Positions 12,979-26,690 of a DNA stretch of 64,000 bases are shown one piece after another. Numbering within the stretch: the first letter of the stretch is position 1; every line of letters begins with the position of its first letter. Location of the stretch: the NCBI GenBank assembly GCA_051313645.2, contig JBNRSN020000004.1, positions 168,330,001-168,394,000 of the forward strand. The letters are read 5' to 3'. Both the position numbers and the translations under genes were made by a program. This DNA comes from Centroscyllium fabricii (lineage: Eukaryota). The notes under the pieces were generated by a model. The model worked only from the letters and a program-made list of their open reading frames with translations, was not told where the DNA came from and ran no database searches.

Positions 12979-13044
12979 TATGAGAGCAGTGTAGCTGTAC
13001 GTGACAGAGTGGCCTTCGCTAATATGTTTCTAAATGACACCCAG
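12979..13044 (+). CDS. MIOS: MIOS coding exon 5 (66 nt; not in ORF track)
   Basis: YESSVAVRDRVAFANMFLNDTQ; ctttag / GTGAGT; follows a 106-nt intron. Confidence 0.93.
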
Positions 13045-13138
13045 GTGAGTGTAAAGATGATAATACACACTTGAATTCATTAAAAATGTATTGATTTTAT
13101 GCTGGGCTCCAATGTAGTTGAGGATGAAGATAATCAAC

Positions 13139-13537
13139 GGCGGCACGGTGGCAAAGTGGTTAGTACTGTTGCCTTACAGCACTAGAGACCCGGGTTCAAA
13201 TCCAGCCTCGGGGTACTATCTGTGTGCAGTTTGCACATTCTCCCCGTGTCTGCGTGGGTTTCCTCCGGGTGCTCCGGTTTCCTCCCACAGTCCAAAGATG
13301 TGCGGGTTAGGTTGATTGGCCATGATAAATTGACCCTTTGTGTTAGGGGAATTGAATATGTGGGGGTACGGGGATAGGGTGGGATATGTGTCGGTGCAGA
13401 CTCGAAAGGGATCGAGGGATATGGGGAGAGGGCAGGGACAGGGTACTGGGTTTGGATGATCAGCCATGATCTCATTGAATGGCGGAGCAGGCTCGAAGGG
13501 CCGACTGGCCTACTCCTGCTCCTATTTTCTATGTTTC
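13139..13537 (+). mobile_element. V-SINE (HE1-like) with CR1-derived tail
   Basis: A/B-box head, V-domain TGGGTTTCCTCCGGGTGCTCCGGTTTCCTCCCACAGTCCAAAGA, CR1 3' end. Confidence 0.88.
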
Positions 13538-13639
13538 CTTATCCTTCTCTTAGTATGTCTGGTTGTGCACCTCAATTCTTAACTAGATATGGTAGGGCCT
13601 ACAAAACTTTGCTGTTTACCATTGGATGTGGGATCACTT

Positions 13640-14085
13640 GGCTCTGTCAGTAGCTGCCTGCTTTTGGAGTTTAGCATGCAGGTAGCCCTGTGTTGTATCT
13701 ACCAGGTTGGTACCTCATTCTAAAGTATGCCTGATTGCTGTGTTCCTTTTTGCACTCTCCATTGAACCAGAGTCGATCTTCTGGCTTTGATTGAGGAATG
13801 AGGGATATGCTGGACTATGAAGTTACAGATTGTGATGATTGATAGTTGTGCTGAATGCTGTGGGCCCAGTTTTTGGGCTGCTAGATTTGTCCTTCCCACT
13901 TAGCATGGTGGTAGTGCACAATGGAGGGTATCCTCACTTTGAAGGTAAGGCTTGCAGAGGTTGTGCGGTGGTCGCCCCTATCACTGCTATCATGGACAGA
14001 AACATCTGTGACAGGTAAGTTAGTAAGATATGGCCAAGTAGGTTACTCCCTCACCACCTGATACGTTCCCAGTTTGGCAGCTGCC
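13640..14085 (-). mobile_element. Degraded LINE fragment (family of 52003-54910)
   Basis: Similar to 53690-54110. Confidence 0.6.
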
Positions 14086-14194
14086 AGATTAAGTGTCATT
14101 TTCACTTTTCAAATTATTTTTTCCCCTCCTCCACAGTTTTTTTTTATAGCAAATCATTTCTTCTGAACTAAAAACATACATTTATATGGAATCT

Positions 14195-14590
14195 TTCATA
14201 TCTTTATCTTTCAGAAATGTCTGAGCACTTCACATAGAATTAATTACTTTGAGTGCATAGCAGTTACTGCACATCAATATCCCACCAACAACAATGAGAT
14301 AAATGATCAATTAATTTTTGACTGTTGGTTGAGGGAGGAATGTTGGCCAAGACACTGGGAAAACTCACTGTTCTTTCAGTGGGTGCTATGGGATCTTTAG
14401 TGTCACTGGAAGAGGTGGATAGAGCCTTGGTTTAACTGCTCATTCAAAAGACCTCTGACAATTCCAGCGCTCCCTCGGTACTGCATTGGAGTGTCAGCCT
14501 AGGTTACGTGCTTAAGTTCTGCCATGGGGCTTGAACATGCAGCCTCTGACTCGGAAACAAGTGAGTTATTAACAGAACCTGACTAACTGA
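14195..14590 (-). mobile_element. Old Deu-domain SINE
   Basis: Degenerate homology to 98-527. Confidence 0.65.
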
Positions 14591-14606
14591 ACAGAAGAGC
14601 AGTCAA

Positions 14607-14780
14607 AACCAAAATACTGCGGATGCTGGAAATCTGAAATAAAAACAGAAAATGCTGGAAATACTCAGCAGGTCAGCCAGCATCTGTAGAGCGAGAAATA
14701 GAGTTAACGTTGCTGGTCGATGACCCTTTGTCAGAACTGGGGTGTTAGCTCTGTTTCACGCTCTACAGATGCTGCCTGAC
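14607..14780. mobile_element. Penelope-like terminal-repeat fragment with inverted arm
   Basis: 15-bp TSD CAGAAGAGCAGTCAA (14592-14606, 14781-14795); homologous to the end of 50944-51609. Confidence 0.75.
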
Positions 14781-15416
14781 CAGAAGAGCAGTCAACTCTG
14801 AGGAGGCCTGAGGTTGGGAAATTGTGGTTGAAGCCTCTTTTTTACTCAAAATGACCAGAGGTTTTCAATCAAATCATCTTGGAACCCTCACATTTCTTTC
14901 TAGTAGTGAGATATATCATGCTGTCCATAACTCCAACAAAGGCCTGACTACTTCATCTCCCCCTTCCTAAGTAACTTCATCGAAATGAAGTGCACATGAT
15001 TAAGCATCTAAATTCAGATAGTCATAACCATTAATGGCATAGAAGGAGGCCATTCAGCCCATCGAGTCCGTGCCGGCGCTCTATAGAGCAATCCAGTCGG
15101 TCCTATTGCCCCGCTCTATCCCTGTAGCCCTGCAAGTTTATTTCCCTCCAGTGCCTATCCAATCTCGCCTTGAAAACAATGAGTTTCTCCGTTTCTACCA
15201 CTTCCGTCTGCAGCGAATTCCAGGGCATCACCACTCACTGGGTAGAAAAGTTTCCCCTCACATTCCCCCTGAATCTCCTCTGCGCCCTCAAGGGCCTTCA
15301 CATATTTCCTCGGGCAGGGACTTGCATTGGATGAAACCTTGTAGATTCTTTTGCAAATAAAATTCTGTCTATCTGAAGAAATAGCCACATTTTCTCAACT
15401 TTGCCTTGAAATGCAA

Positions 15417-15918
15417 GGGCCAAGATCTTGGCGGAGGCGAGCATTTGCGAGGGGGGAGCGATGGCGGGGAAGCACACAGGAAGACAGGAGTCCACTCCAT
15501 TTCTTGCCCAGCGGCCAGATTGGCAGGTTGTCCTGGTGGGAAAGCCAGCACTGAAACCACTGGAGACTGTCCCCGGCAATTGGAAAAAATCAGGGCTTGG
15601 TGTGGGGACTTGGAGCACAGCTGTGGTGTTTCTCGAGCCCTAGGGAACCTGGCTGGCGGGCCAGTATTAAATTTAAATGGCTGATAAATTTGAGGAACGG
15701 AGCCTCATTAACATATTATCATGGACCTGCCTCTCCAGAGCAAGTTACTCCGATGCCACCGAACCTGCCGCATTTAAACGGAAGTAGGCGAGTTCGCAAG
15801 GATTGGGTTTTGCATATTTAGTGATTTTTGAATCCCCCCTTCCCCCCCACCCCCCCCCCCCCCCCACCCGACCACCTGCTCTCATTGGTGGTGGGGGGGG
15901 GGGGAGGTAAAATGTGCT
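15417..15918. mobile_element. Degraded Harbinger-like MITE
   Basis: GGGCCAAGATCTT start and AAAATGTGCT end; GC-rich interior. Confidence 0.4.
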
Positions 15919-16499
15919 ACATTACATACTCTTTACTCAGTTCAAAAACCTTAAGTTTGTGAAACATAACTTTACTTGTTTTTAACAAATCTGAACAGAC
16001 TGTCCTCGATCAACCCACGCATTTTTGAATGCTTACTAACTTTATCTCAAATTATGGATTCTAGGAGAGTGCCCACAACTGATATTAGACTCACTGATCT
16101 CTAAATATCCAGTTTATCCTTCTCTTCCTTCTTGAACAAGGTTGTTACATTGGCTACTCCCTTTCCCACAGCATAATTTGCATGGTTAGGGAGGATTGAA
16201 AAATTATGGCCAGAGCCTCTGCTATCTCCTCTCCAATGGTGCATGCCAGCAGGATCTGGTTACCTTTAGTTCTGCTATTTCTGTCAGATACAAATCATTT
16301 TCTACAGTCAGCTCTGTCAATTGTTTCATATCTCCTCCAGTACACACATGTTCTCGCTTCCACCATCCTTTGTAAAAAATAAAAATAAAATGCAGACTGC
16401 TTATTTAATAACTGCCATACCTTCAGCCTGCACAATTAGACTTCCTCCTTCATGCTTGAGTGGAACCCTGACTATTCTTTACTTTTTTATATGCTTATA

Positions 16500-17610
16500 A
16501 AGTTAAAGCACATGGGATTGGGGGTAAGGTACTGACTTGGATAGAGAACTGGTTGGCAGACAGGAAGCAAAGAATTGGAATAAATGGGTCTTTTTCAGAG
16601 TGGCAGGCAGTGACTAGCAGGGTACCACAGGGATTGTTGCTAGGATCCCAGCTATTCACAATATATATTAATCTAGAGAAGGGAACTAGATGTAATATCT
16701 CCAAGTTTGCAGACGACCCAAAGCTGGGTGGGCGTGTGTGCTGTGAGGAGGATGCAGAGAAACTTCAGTGTGATTTGGACAGGTTGGGTGTTTGGGCAGA
16801 TGCAGTATAATGTGGATAAATGCGAGGTTATCCACTTTGGTGGCAAAAACAGGAAGGCAGATTATTATCTGAACAATAGATTGGGAGAAGGGGAAGTGCA
16901 ATGAGACCTGGGAGTCCTTGTGCACCAGTCGCTGAAGGTAAGCATGCAGATGCAGCAGGCGGTTGAGAAGGCAAATGGTATGTTGGCCTTCATAGCGCGA
17001 GGATTCGAGCACAAGAGCAAGGATGTCTTGCTGCAGTTGTACAGGGCCTTGGTGGGACCACACCTTGAGTATTGTGTGCCGTTTTGGTCACCTTATCTGA
17101 GGAAGGATGTTCTTTCCATGGAGGGAGTGCAGCGAAGATTCACCAGACTGATACCTGGGATGGCAGGAATGACGTTTAACGAGAGATTGGGTCGATTAAA
17201 CTTATATTCGCTGGAGTTTAGAAGAATGAGAGGGGATCTCATTGAAACTTATAAAATTCTAACAGGACTAGACATACTCGATGCAGGAAGGATGTTCCCG
17301 ATGGCGGGGGAGTCTAGAACCAGGGGTCACAGTCTAAAGATAAGGGGTAAGCCATTTAGGACTGAGATGAGGAGGAATTTCCTCACCCAGAGAGTGGTGA
17401 ACCTGTGGAATTCTCTACCATAGAAGGCAGTTGAGGCCAACTTATTAAATATATTCAAAAAGGAGTTAGATATATTTCTTAAGGCTAAAGGGATCAAGGG
17501 ATATGGGGAGAAAGCAGGGACAGGGTACTGAATTTGGATGATTAGCCATGATCTCATTAAATGGCAGAGTAGACTCGAGGGGCCGAATGGCCTACTCCTA
17601 GTTTCTGTGT
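16500..17610 (+). mobile_element. CR1 LINE 3' part (RT)
   Basis: VTSRVPQG...ISKFADD, KANGMLAFIARG, EFRRMRGDLIE; frameshifted. Confidence 0.92.
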
Positions 17611-17762
17611 AAACCCACCATGATTAATTTAATCATAAGTCTCTTTTAAGTTTCAGTTTTGTTTTAATCCCCTATTTATCCAGAGAACTATATTCTTTCC
17701 GCCCCCTTTTTTTGCCTTATTGAGATACATTTATTTCTGTTCTGTGAAGATTACTTTCTGCT

Positions 17763-18689
17763 TTCAATTCAATTCAATTTTATTGTCATTGCACAGTCTA
17801 TAATCACAGTGCAACGAAAAGTGAGCTTGCAAGCTCCCAGGACATGACATAGCAGACATTAAGTTATAAATTATAGAGTTATGGATAAATAATAAATAAA
17901 TAGATAAATGAATAAAGATTGCAAATAGCATTTCAAAAAGAAGATAAGCAAGTGCTGGGGGGGGCAAAAGGGCTGTTAATGTAGGAAGTGTGGCTGGAGG
18001 TGCTGATGGTAGACAGATTTGGTGTTGAGTGATAGAGTTCAACTGGATAACAGCCCTTTAATAGCAGGTAGCTGGGTACCGGTGATGTATTGGGCAGTTT
18101 TGACTACTCTCTGAAAGGCCTTCCTGTCGGAGGTGGAGCAGCTGCCATACCACACCGTAATGCAGTTTGTTAGGATGTTTTCTATTGTGCAGCGGTAGCA
18201 GTTGGAGAGAAGCTGGGATGATAAGTTAACTTTCTTCAGCCTCCGCAGGAGGTATAGGCGCTGCTGAGCTTTCTTCACCAAGGAGGATGAGTTGAGGGAT
18301 CATGAGAAGTCTTTCATAATGTGGATGCCCAGGAACTTGAAGCTGCAGACCCTTTCCACCTCAGCCCCATTGATGTAGATCGGGGTGTGTCTGATGTCTT
18401 TGGACTTCCTGAAGTCTGCAATGAGCTTCTTGGTGTTGAGGGACAGGTTGTTGTCAGCGCTCCACGCCACAAGGTGTTGGACCTCTTCTCTGTAGGCTGA
18501 ATCGTTATTGTTAGTGATCAGTCCTATCACTGTGGTGTCGTCCGCGAACTTGATGATGGTATTGGAGTTGTGGATAGGCACACAATCATGGGTGAAGAGG
18601 GAGTAGAGGACAGGGCTCAACACGCATCCTTGTGGAGCCCCGGTGCTCAGGGTTAAGGTGGTGGAGGTGAGGTTACCTAACCTAAAAGA
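17763..18689 (-). mobile_element. Rex1/Babar-type LINE 3' fragment
   Basis: [23 protein letters not shown]...[12 protein letters not shown]; (TTGAA)n tail; possible TSD TTTCTGCT. Confidence 0.85.
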
Positions 18690-21600
18690 TTTCTGCTGAT
18701 CTGTCAACCTGTTTGCTAACTTTTCTGCCTAGTTAAATTAAGCCACGTCCCTTTTTTATCTTATTAAATTTTGCCTTTTTCTAGACCAGCAACCTTTACT
18801 CTTCATTGTCCTGTATGTGGTCATTATTTCCTAATAGTTTTCCTACTCTTGCATCAGTTATCTTCTACCATTAATTTCCAAGAATTAAATTAGCAATGTT
18901 TGTTTTCTTTTTGGACTAGAAATTCTAAATGGTGTTCCTCATTTGACCACTACAGTACCTTAATTCTAGTCATAGTTGACATAGTTGAAATGTCCAAATA
19001 TTATTGCCCAATTGTTTTGTGTATTTCTCTGAACTGTCTGCAGATCTCCTCTCCGTGTCAATTTTTAGCAGCCTATAATGTACCATTGTACAATTTCCCT
19101 TCCTATTTCGAAACTCCATACCAAAGCATAAAAATTGTTCTAATGCAACTCCCTACAACATGATAGAATGTTTCACTAACACTGCCATTCACCCCCTTTA
19201 TTTTCCCTATATCTCTTGAAAAGTTATAACTACGAATATTAAATTCCTAGTCCTTTCCAGACTAAAGCCATGTCTGTATATGCAGTAGCTACTATGTTAA
19301 ATCCCTCCATAATTATTGATGTTTCTGACTTTCCAATTTTATTTTGAATGCTTTGCACATTCATGTGCATACCTATATCCTAAAAGCAATGCTTTGGAAG
19401 TTTATAGAACATAAACAAAAGCTGCAAGTTTATAGAACATAAAACAAAAGCTGCAGCAGGTGTGTCATTAGTACATGGTCATTTTCTCACTCTCTCCCAT
19501 TCGAACACGCACAGCCTACTTGTTGGGGACCCTGATGAACTTTAGCTGAATAAAACTTTGAAAATTGTCCTCTAGGTTTTTTTAAAATAATTATGAAAAA
19601 CAATTGAGCAGCAACTGCAAAGCCTGAAAAAAATGCAATGTATTTGTGCAGGTGACTGGTACTAACGCATCCAGGTAAATGAGGTACATTGCACAATCCA
19701 AATTCAGCTCAGAGTTACAGCTCTGGCAGAAATCCAAGCTCAGACATTTAGGAGAAGTTAAGGCATTTGAGTTGGTCATTAAAAGAACACAATTCAGTAG
19801 ATTCATTTAATGTTACAAATTATGTAAATTTACTTTTTTTTTCATTTTGTTTCAACTCTTATTTTAGACATTAGAAACTTACCAAGAAAAAGATGAAAAA
19901 TATTCAAAGAATTTTGATACAGTTGTCAGGGACAAATAATAATAGCTCCACTCAGTGGTCAAATGATGGACTTACAGAAGAATGTGTTTAAATAGGTGGT
20001 TGCCATTTAACTGTGGATATAGGAATTTATATAACGGGGGGAGGAAGTGTAACGAAAAGAGTTACAACCGGAAGTAAGGTTTTGTAGACAGGAAATGTGT
20101 GCTGATGTAAGATTTTTATTAAGTTCTATAGATCTGTAGTTAAATAGCAAAAGATGGGACATTTTGGGAAGCAGAAAAGTAGAGTTGGATGGAGCACAGG
20201 AGTTTCCTTTCAATGCTGGCTGAGGAGCTGGTAGCTGAAAAACTGAGGTGCTACAGTGATGCCACTGGCAAGTGGGTGCATTCATGGTGTGACAAGTTTA
20301 CATAATTTCATTATAAATGTGGACATAGAAATTTATAATGATTAAAGAGTTGGCACAAAAACGTGATCGAAAGATGACAACAGGAAGTAATGTTTTGTAG
20401 ACAGGAAATACATGTGGAATATATATACTGTAATGTATACTATAATATCAGATCTGCTGTGACTTTGCTTACTATGAGTCAGATTTTTATAAGAACAGGG
20501 GTGTTATGACAGCTAATGTTACTGGGGACACTGACATCAGCATTGGGAGCATCTGTGCGGTAAGTGGGTATTGGGAAGAGGATGCAGGGTCTGACGATAC
20601 TAGGGTGAGGTCTTGTGATCTACCAGTATTTTAAGGGGTTTCCAGGATCTGAAAATGTCCCAACTTTGAGTTTAAACTGGATATCTGGGGATGTGTGACC
20701 TGAGTTTCCCCCGGGAGAAGGGTTTCAGATCATTGGGGAGGCCAGCTTCTGGCAGTACTGGGGGAGCACGGGGTGGGGAGGATCATGATCTGGAAACCTA
20801 GTGGGGAAGTCCCCAAAGAATGGGGCCCAAACTGTTCTTGGTCCCTCTTGGACCATCAGGTACCCTTCCTCATTGCTTTTCCCAATGTCTGACAGTTCCT
20901 GCCTTAAGGCATTTAACAGTACATTTTCTGCGTAATGAATGAAAAACGGAAAATTTATCTTCGTTAATGAGTTTTACTACTTATGCAGTCTTTTATAAAC
21001 ATTATTTCCATAAACATACATTTCATAAAAACAAAGAGCTCTAAAGTTCGTTCATATATTTTTTAAATCCTTCAGCTTAAAAATGTTTTGGAAGGTAGAG
21101 ATTTGTTGAACTAAATTTTCAACTAAAATAGGGGGGAAAATGATCTTTGTTTTGTTTTCTAATCAACAAAAAATTACACATGCTCTAATCACCATTGTTG
21201 TTTCTCCATGAGGAGTTCATTATAGAAAAGCAAGATTTGTTAATAAATGTTAATGTTTTCACTTCTTGAAATAAAGCTGTGAGGAATCACTTTCCAGTAA
21301 TCTTTCAAAGTCATTTGGAAAAAACAAAAATCCCAAATCCTTACAGGAGATGGGGACATGTCCATTTTAATCAGCTCATGCTGATGTGCAGATTACAAGC
21401 TGAGAAATTCTGCAAACTATATGCTGATAATGCATAGATGTGTTTTCAAGTTCTGTCCCAATTTTTCTGAGGTAAAAGCATTCAACCAAAGCCCAGACTT
21501 CTGAGACAGTCTAAGGCCTTGAAGTTATTTTTTTATGAAGGCAAGACAGAAAAGGTAAATTTAATCATGGTATTGTGAAATATGCAGTTTTTTAAATTTT

Positions 21601-23271
21601 TGTTTTAAAACCTTATTTTGGAAATTAGATATTTCAATTACTGGAAAATGGCAGAAGAAAAAATATCAAAGCATTTTGAATCATTGGGTTCATCAACAGA
21701 GTGTGATGGTGAAATATTTTTAAGATAGATTTTTCCCATTATAAATGTTTTTGCATGGATTCTCATATGTTAATATGTGGATTCCCGTCTATATATTAAT
21801 CTTGTATATGCCGTGCAATTTCTGTCCATAAACTTCGTCATGATTTTTGATAATACCTTCACATCAACATTTATAATGAGGAATTTTCACGTGTAAACAG
21901 TTGCTGCTCACTTGTGCAAGTTGTGCATTTGACCATTTCTAACTGCTTAGTTCACCCAATTTTGCGATGGGATCTCACCAAATTCCACCATACTGTTTGT
22001 TTCCCTGGTGGTTTAGTGGTTGGCCACCAGATTTTGACATTGGTCGACCTGCAGTTTTCTTTCCCTGGTAGCATTGAAGCTTGGCTCCAGCAAACCACCT
22101 TGAGCCTTGTGCCTCATATACCAAAACCCGTGACCTGTCTGTTGTAATCCTTCGGGCTTTGTGACTGCTGACTTCACCATGACCCCTACCCAACCCTTGT
22201 CCCTTCGCCCTGCACACCCACCCACAACCCCTTCTCATTGGGAGCTTTCTTTCCAGCCACCTTTTTCTCACTGTGACTGTAATCTGGGATTATTTGAACA
22301 ACTTTAGCTCAAAGAGCTATTTAGTTTTTTTTTACAGCTTTATAGTCAGCAAATACATGATAATCACTCATTCAGAAATACTGCCAGTGAAACCCGTGAA
22401 AGTCAGTTAGTGCCTACGGGAACAGGAAGCAGGTGCAGCAAAGATGGGAAGGATGTATGAATTCACTGGTGCCTGCTGCGCTATTAATTTAGTGATTTGT
22501 AGGTGTATTAGACTGTACTTATTAATTCACTGCACACTTCTCCATTTAATTCACTACTGTCTTCATTTATTTATTTGTTGTTGCCTGCTGCTCTATGAAT
22601 TTATTGATTCACTAGTGCCCGCTACTTGTTTGATTTATTAATTCAGTGCGGCGCACCTAACTGAGCACCAGTGTTCATCAATATCCTTTTGTTGTCAAGT
22701 GAGTTGTAATGTATGTGGTTTGTGATGGTTTCAGCTTTCCTGTTGTGATTGTATGGTGTCAAAAAACATTTTGTTCCCAAATAAGTTCTCTATTTCTCCT
22801 GTTATATTTTAAATCTTCCATGTTGTTGTAGCAGCTTCTGCTTACCATTTTATGATATATTCTTTGGGAACATTGAGATAAAACTTCAACTACTGCAGAG
22901 GTCTTTATTGCAATGCCACGGGAGATTGTCTGATTATAAATGTTTACATAGCTAGTTTCCATTGTGGCTTGTTGGGGTTTTTGTTATAAAAGCATAACAG
23001 AGGAAGTAAAGTTTGTGGACATGAAGTATGCAAAACTTTTAATATCTAAATACGTTCATGCACTTCACGTGTTTACATTTACTAAATGATAATTTCCACG
23101 GTATGTTTAATACACAATTAGGAGACATCGCGAACACTAAGCTTTATTTCTTTTCCCAAATATCTTGGTCCTGTTCCACATGTTGCTCAAATGTAACTGT
23201 CTAATGTAAAAATTGAAATGATCTTGTCCTTTAGCTCCATTAGTGTATTGACAAATGATCCTGTTCTTTAG

Positions 23272-23430
23272 ATCCTTCGGTATATTGACAAACTAACCAA
23301 TGAAATGAAAGAAGCTGGCAATCTGGAGGGAATTCTCTTAACCGGTCTGACAAAAGATGGCATTGACCTAATGGAAAGCTATGTTGATAGGACTGGTGAT
23401 GTACAGACAGCAAGCTTCTGTATGCTGCAG
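23272..23430 (+). CDS. MIOS: MIOS coding exon 6 (159 nt)
   Basis: [53 protein letters not shown]; ctttag / GTAGGT. Confidence 0.93.
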
Positions 23431-23596
23431 GTAGGTCAAACAGGAATGTGGCAGTAACTGCTTGTTTAAACAAATGTATTTCCTTAATTTTGTAGTTGGA
23501 GATTCTGCATGAGATCTTAGAAAAAAAATATTTATCCAAAGGGTACTAAACATTTTGAATTATCTACCATGCAAGGAAGTGGAATCAAAGACAACG

Positions 23597-24102
23597 ACAC
23601 GGTGGTGTAGTGGTTAGCACTGCTGCCTCGCAATAAGGAGCTCCTGGGTTCGAATCCTGCTTGGCCCAGGACCCCTTTGTGTGGAGTTTGCATGTTCTCC
23701 CCGTGTTCGTGTGGGTTTCCTCCGGGTACTCCGGTTTCCTCCCACCACCCAAAGACATGCAGGTTAGGTGAATTGGAGATACTAAAAAAAATTGCCCATG
23801 AGTATGTGTGTGAGATATAGTTCTTAGAGTTGGGGGTGTCGGGGGGATATGGGGAGAGGGTAGGAGGGGGGGTGCTGGGTTTGGATGCTCCGCCATGACC
23901 TCACCAAAATGGCGGAGCAGGCTCGAAGGGCCGAATGGCCTCCTCCTGTATTCTTATGTTCTTATTAAAGGAATAAGGGGTTACGTGGAGCGGGCAGGGA
24001 AGTGGACGTGAGTCTAAGTTTGGATCAGCCATGATCCTATTGAATGGCGGAGCAGGCCCGAGGGGCCATATGGCCTACTCCTGCTCCTACTTATGTTCTT
24101 AT
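23597..24102 (+). mobile_element. V-SINE followed by a CR1 3' tail fragment
   Basis: Head GGTGGTGTAGTGGTTAGCAC, V-domain, two CR1-type tails. Confidence 0.82.
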
Positions 24103-24423
24103 TTGTGGTGAGGGGAGGGATTTAAGATACAGTTGAATGTTAGGCCAGGTGAGTTGATGTACTAGAGGGGTGAGCTAAATGTCCATTCATCTTCCTTGAC
24201 TTGTGCTCTTATACCACTATGAAAGGGCGTATGTCTACCATCAAACTGTGTTGGTCCTGCAATTTAAAGACACCAGTTTAAATTATAGCTTTGATACTAA
24301 AGCTTAACAGTATTAAAACTTGATGATTTTAATCAGAATACTTAATTGCAGTGAAGAAAGAGAATTAATATCAAGGCATCTGTTCTTGTTCCATATGCAA
24401 CTGGCTAGTCTGCCACACAGCGA

Positions 24424-25177
24424 GGGGGATTTTCATGTCCCGTGAGGCGGGGTTTTCGGTGGGTCGGCCGGCAAAATAGCAGAACCAGCGGGTCGCGAAG
24501 CCCCCCCCCCCATTGCCGGATCCCCGCCGCTTTGACATTTCCCCGCCCCGAAATCTTGCGGCCGGCGTGGATGGCTTGTCACCTCATTAAGGGCCCTAAA
24601 TTGGCATGTGTAATGCCATTTTAAGGGCCCTTCCAAATTTTCATCCCATTCCCACCCTAACCCCGCCAGCCTAAAACCCCGCTGGAGCACAGCAATGTTC
24701 ATTACTTTCTCCTTCAAGGTGTTGAAGGACATGCTGCAAAATGCTTCGCTCGCCTTCAGCACCTTAGTAAGTCACTCCGTGGTGGGTGCACCAGCTGTGG
24801 GCAAAAACGGAGAAATCTCAGCTTTGCACATTTCCTCACAGCCGGTGCCGAGCTGTCAAGGATTCAGAGCCCGCCCGCCCACCTGTCAGTCACCAGCACT
24901 TGACCTTTCCCATTGGTTCCACTCGACTGTGATGTCGCAGTGGAGTGATTCCATAGGAACTGTCAACAACCAGTGCTGGAACTGTCAATCAAGCTGCTTG
25001 ATCCCCGCTGGAGCCCCGACTCGATCGAGTTAATTACCACCGGCTGCCACACGCGGGGACTTAATTACTCAATTAAATGAAAATTGCGTGGGGTTCCCAG
25101 GTCTTTGGCCGGGCGAGACAGGAACCCGCCCCAACCAATCCCTGCCAGGTTCCCGCACTTCCGGCAAAATCCCCCCC
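24424..25177. mobile_element. Harbinger-like MITE
   Basis: GGGGGATTTT ... AAAATCCCCC ends; interior homologous to 30211-30912. Confidence 0.65.
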
Positions 25178-25336
25178 AGGTATGTCCTATCCTGATTAAA
25201 GAAGCATGAATGAATGCTGCATAGCAATTCAAAGAAAGGAGTAATAATTATTTTAATTGTAAAATGGTTATTGATTTGATTGACTGGTAATCAGTTAGTG
25301 TTACTGTATGACTGGTTGGTTGAAAGGAGACATAAT

Positions 25337-25828
25337 TTTTTTTTATTCATTGATGGGATGTGGGCGTCGCTGGCTGGCTGGGCCTGCTTTTAGTGCCCAT
25401 CCCTAATTGCCCTTGAAAAGATGGTGGTGAGCCGCCGCCTTGAACCACTGCAGTCCATATGGTGTAGGTACACCCACAATGTTGCGTAGCGGTTGTTTAC
25501 AACTGAGTGGCTTGCTGGGCCATTTCAGAGGGCATTAAGAGTCAACCACATTGCTGTGGGTCTGGAGTCACATGTAGGCCAGACCAGGTAAGGACGGCAG
25601 ATTTCCATCCCTAAAGGACATTAGTGAACCAGATGGGTTTTTGCAACAATCGACAATGGTATCATGGTCGCCATTACTAAGACTAACATTTAATTCCAGA
25701 ATTAAATTGAATTGAATTTAAATTCCACCAGCTGCTGTGGTGCGATTTGAACCCATATCCTCAGACCATTTGACTGAGCCTCTGGCTTACTAGTCTAGTG
25801 ACATAACCACTACACCACCGCCTCCCCT
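25337..25828 (-). mobile_element. Short derivative of the 52003-54910 LINE family (5' and 3' ends joined)
   Basis: Left part matches the 3' end at 39000-39097; right part matches 54600-54910. Confidence 0.65.
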
Positions 25829-26191
25829 ATAATTGAAGCAATTATATAGTAGTTGCAAGGAGGTGTGATTCAAGCAGGGTAACATGGTCTCCAGTTTGCT
25901 TTACTTCGATGAGGTACATCACCTGGTGAAAATTGCATTAAAAAATTGGCCAGATGCCTTGAAACAATCTGTTCATTGTATTTAATCATGTCATCATAAC
26001 CTATGGATAGCCAAAATACATTATATTTTGCATAAATGTTATGTGTAATGTTAAGTTGTTAGTGTGATTTCCATTCCCTTTCCTTTGGCAACTAACTGGA
26101 CAAATAATTTCTGACCTCTTATTTTAAAAGATGTGATTTCAGAGATATTATGAATTTTTAAATAAAGTTTATATTCTTTTAACATTCTCAG

Positions 26192-26344
26192 GGCTTCCCA
26201 AGTGATGTTGTGAAAGATCCCAGAGTCCAGTATTGGATTGAGAATTACAGGAACCTACTTGATGCTTGGAGATTCTGGCATAAGAGGGCTGAATTTGACA
26301 TCCATAGGAGTAAGTTGGACCCATTTTCAAAACCTCTTGCACAG
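26192..26344 (+). CDS. MIOS: MIOS coding exon 7 (153 nt)
   Basis: [51 protein letters not shown]; ctcag / GTAAAT. Confidence 0.95.
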
Positions 26345-26690
26345 GTAAATGTGTTTTTCAACAAACTGAACAACATAGTTGTTAAAAATGTTGGTTTCAT
26401 TTAGAGAGAATTAGTTTAAAAAATAAATCAGGGGGGGGCTGTTACTTGAGACCCAGAGACATGTAGAGGGCCATAGATGTAGGAAAGGTTTTAGGGTTGT
26501 ACGAAGGGTACCACGGGTTTGGGGTCAATCCGGTATTCCCCTCCCTTCTTCCACATGCCAAAATACATTATACACTGTGGTTTTTCATAAGCTGGCAGGA
26601 ACATGGACATTTGATTCACCAAATCCTAAGTTCTTTGCTATCACGCAACTGGTAATGGTGATTTCCTCTCCAAGTTGGTGGCGATTATTA

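Noticed and set aside
13139-13215. tRNA-like heads here and at 23597, 28130, 41521
   Set aside because: They continue into V- or Deu-SINE bodies, so they are SINE heads, not tRNA genes
19398-19457. ~28-bp tandem duplication (and a spaced duplication at 20020/20325)
   Set aside because: Ordinary local duplications with no spacer structure or functional cue
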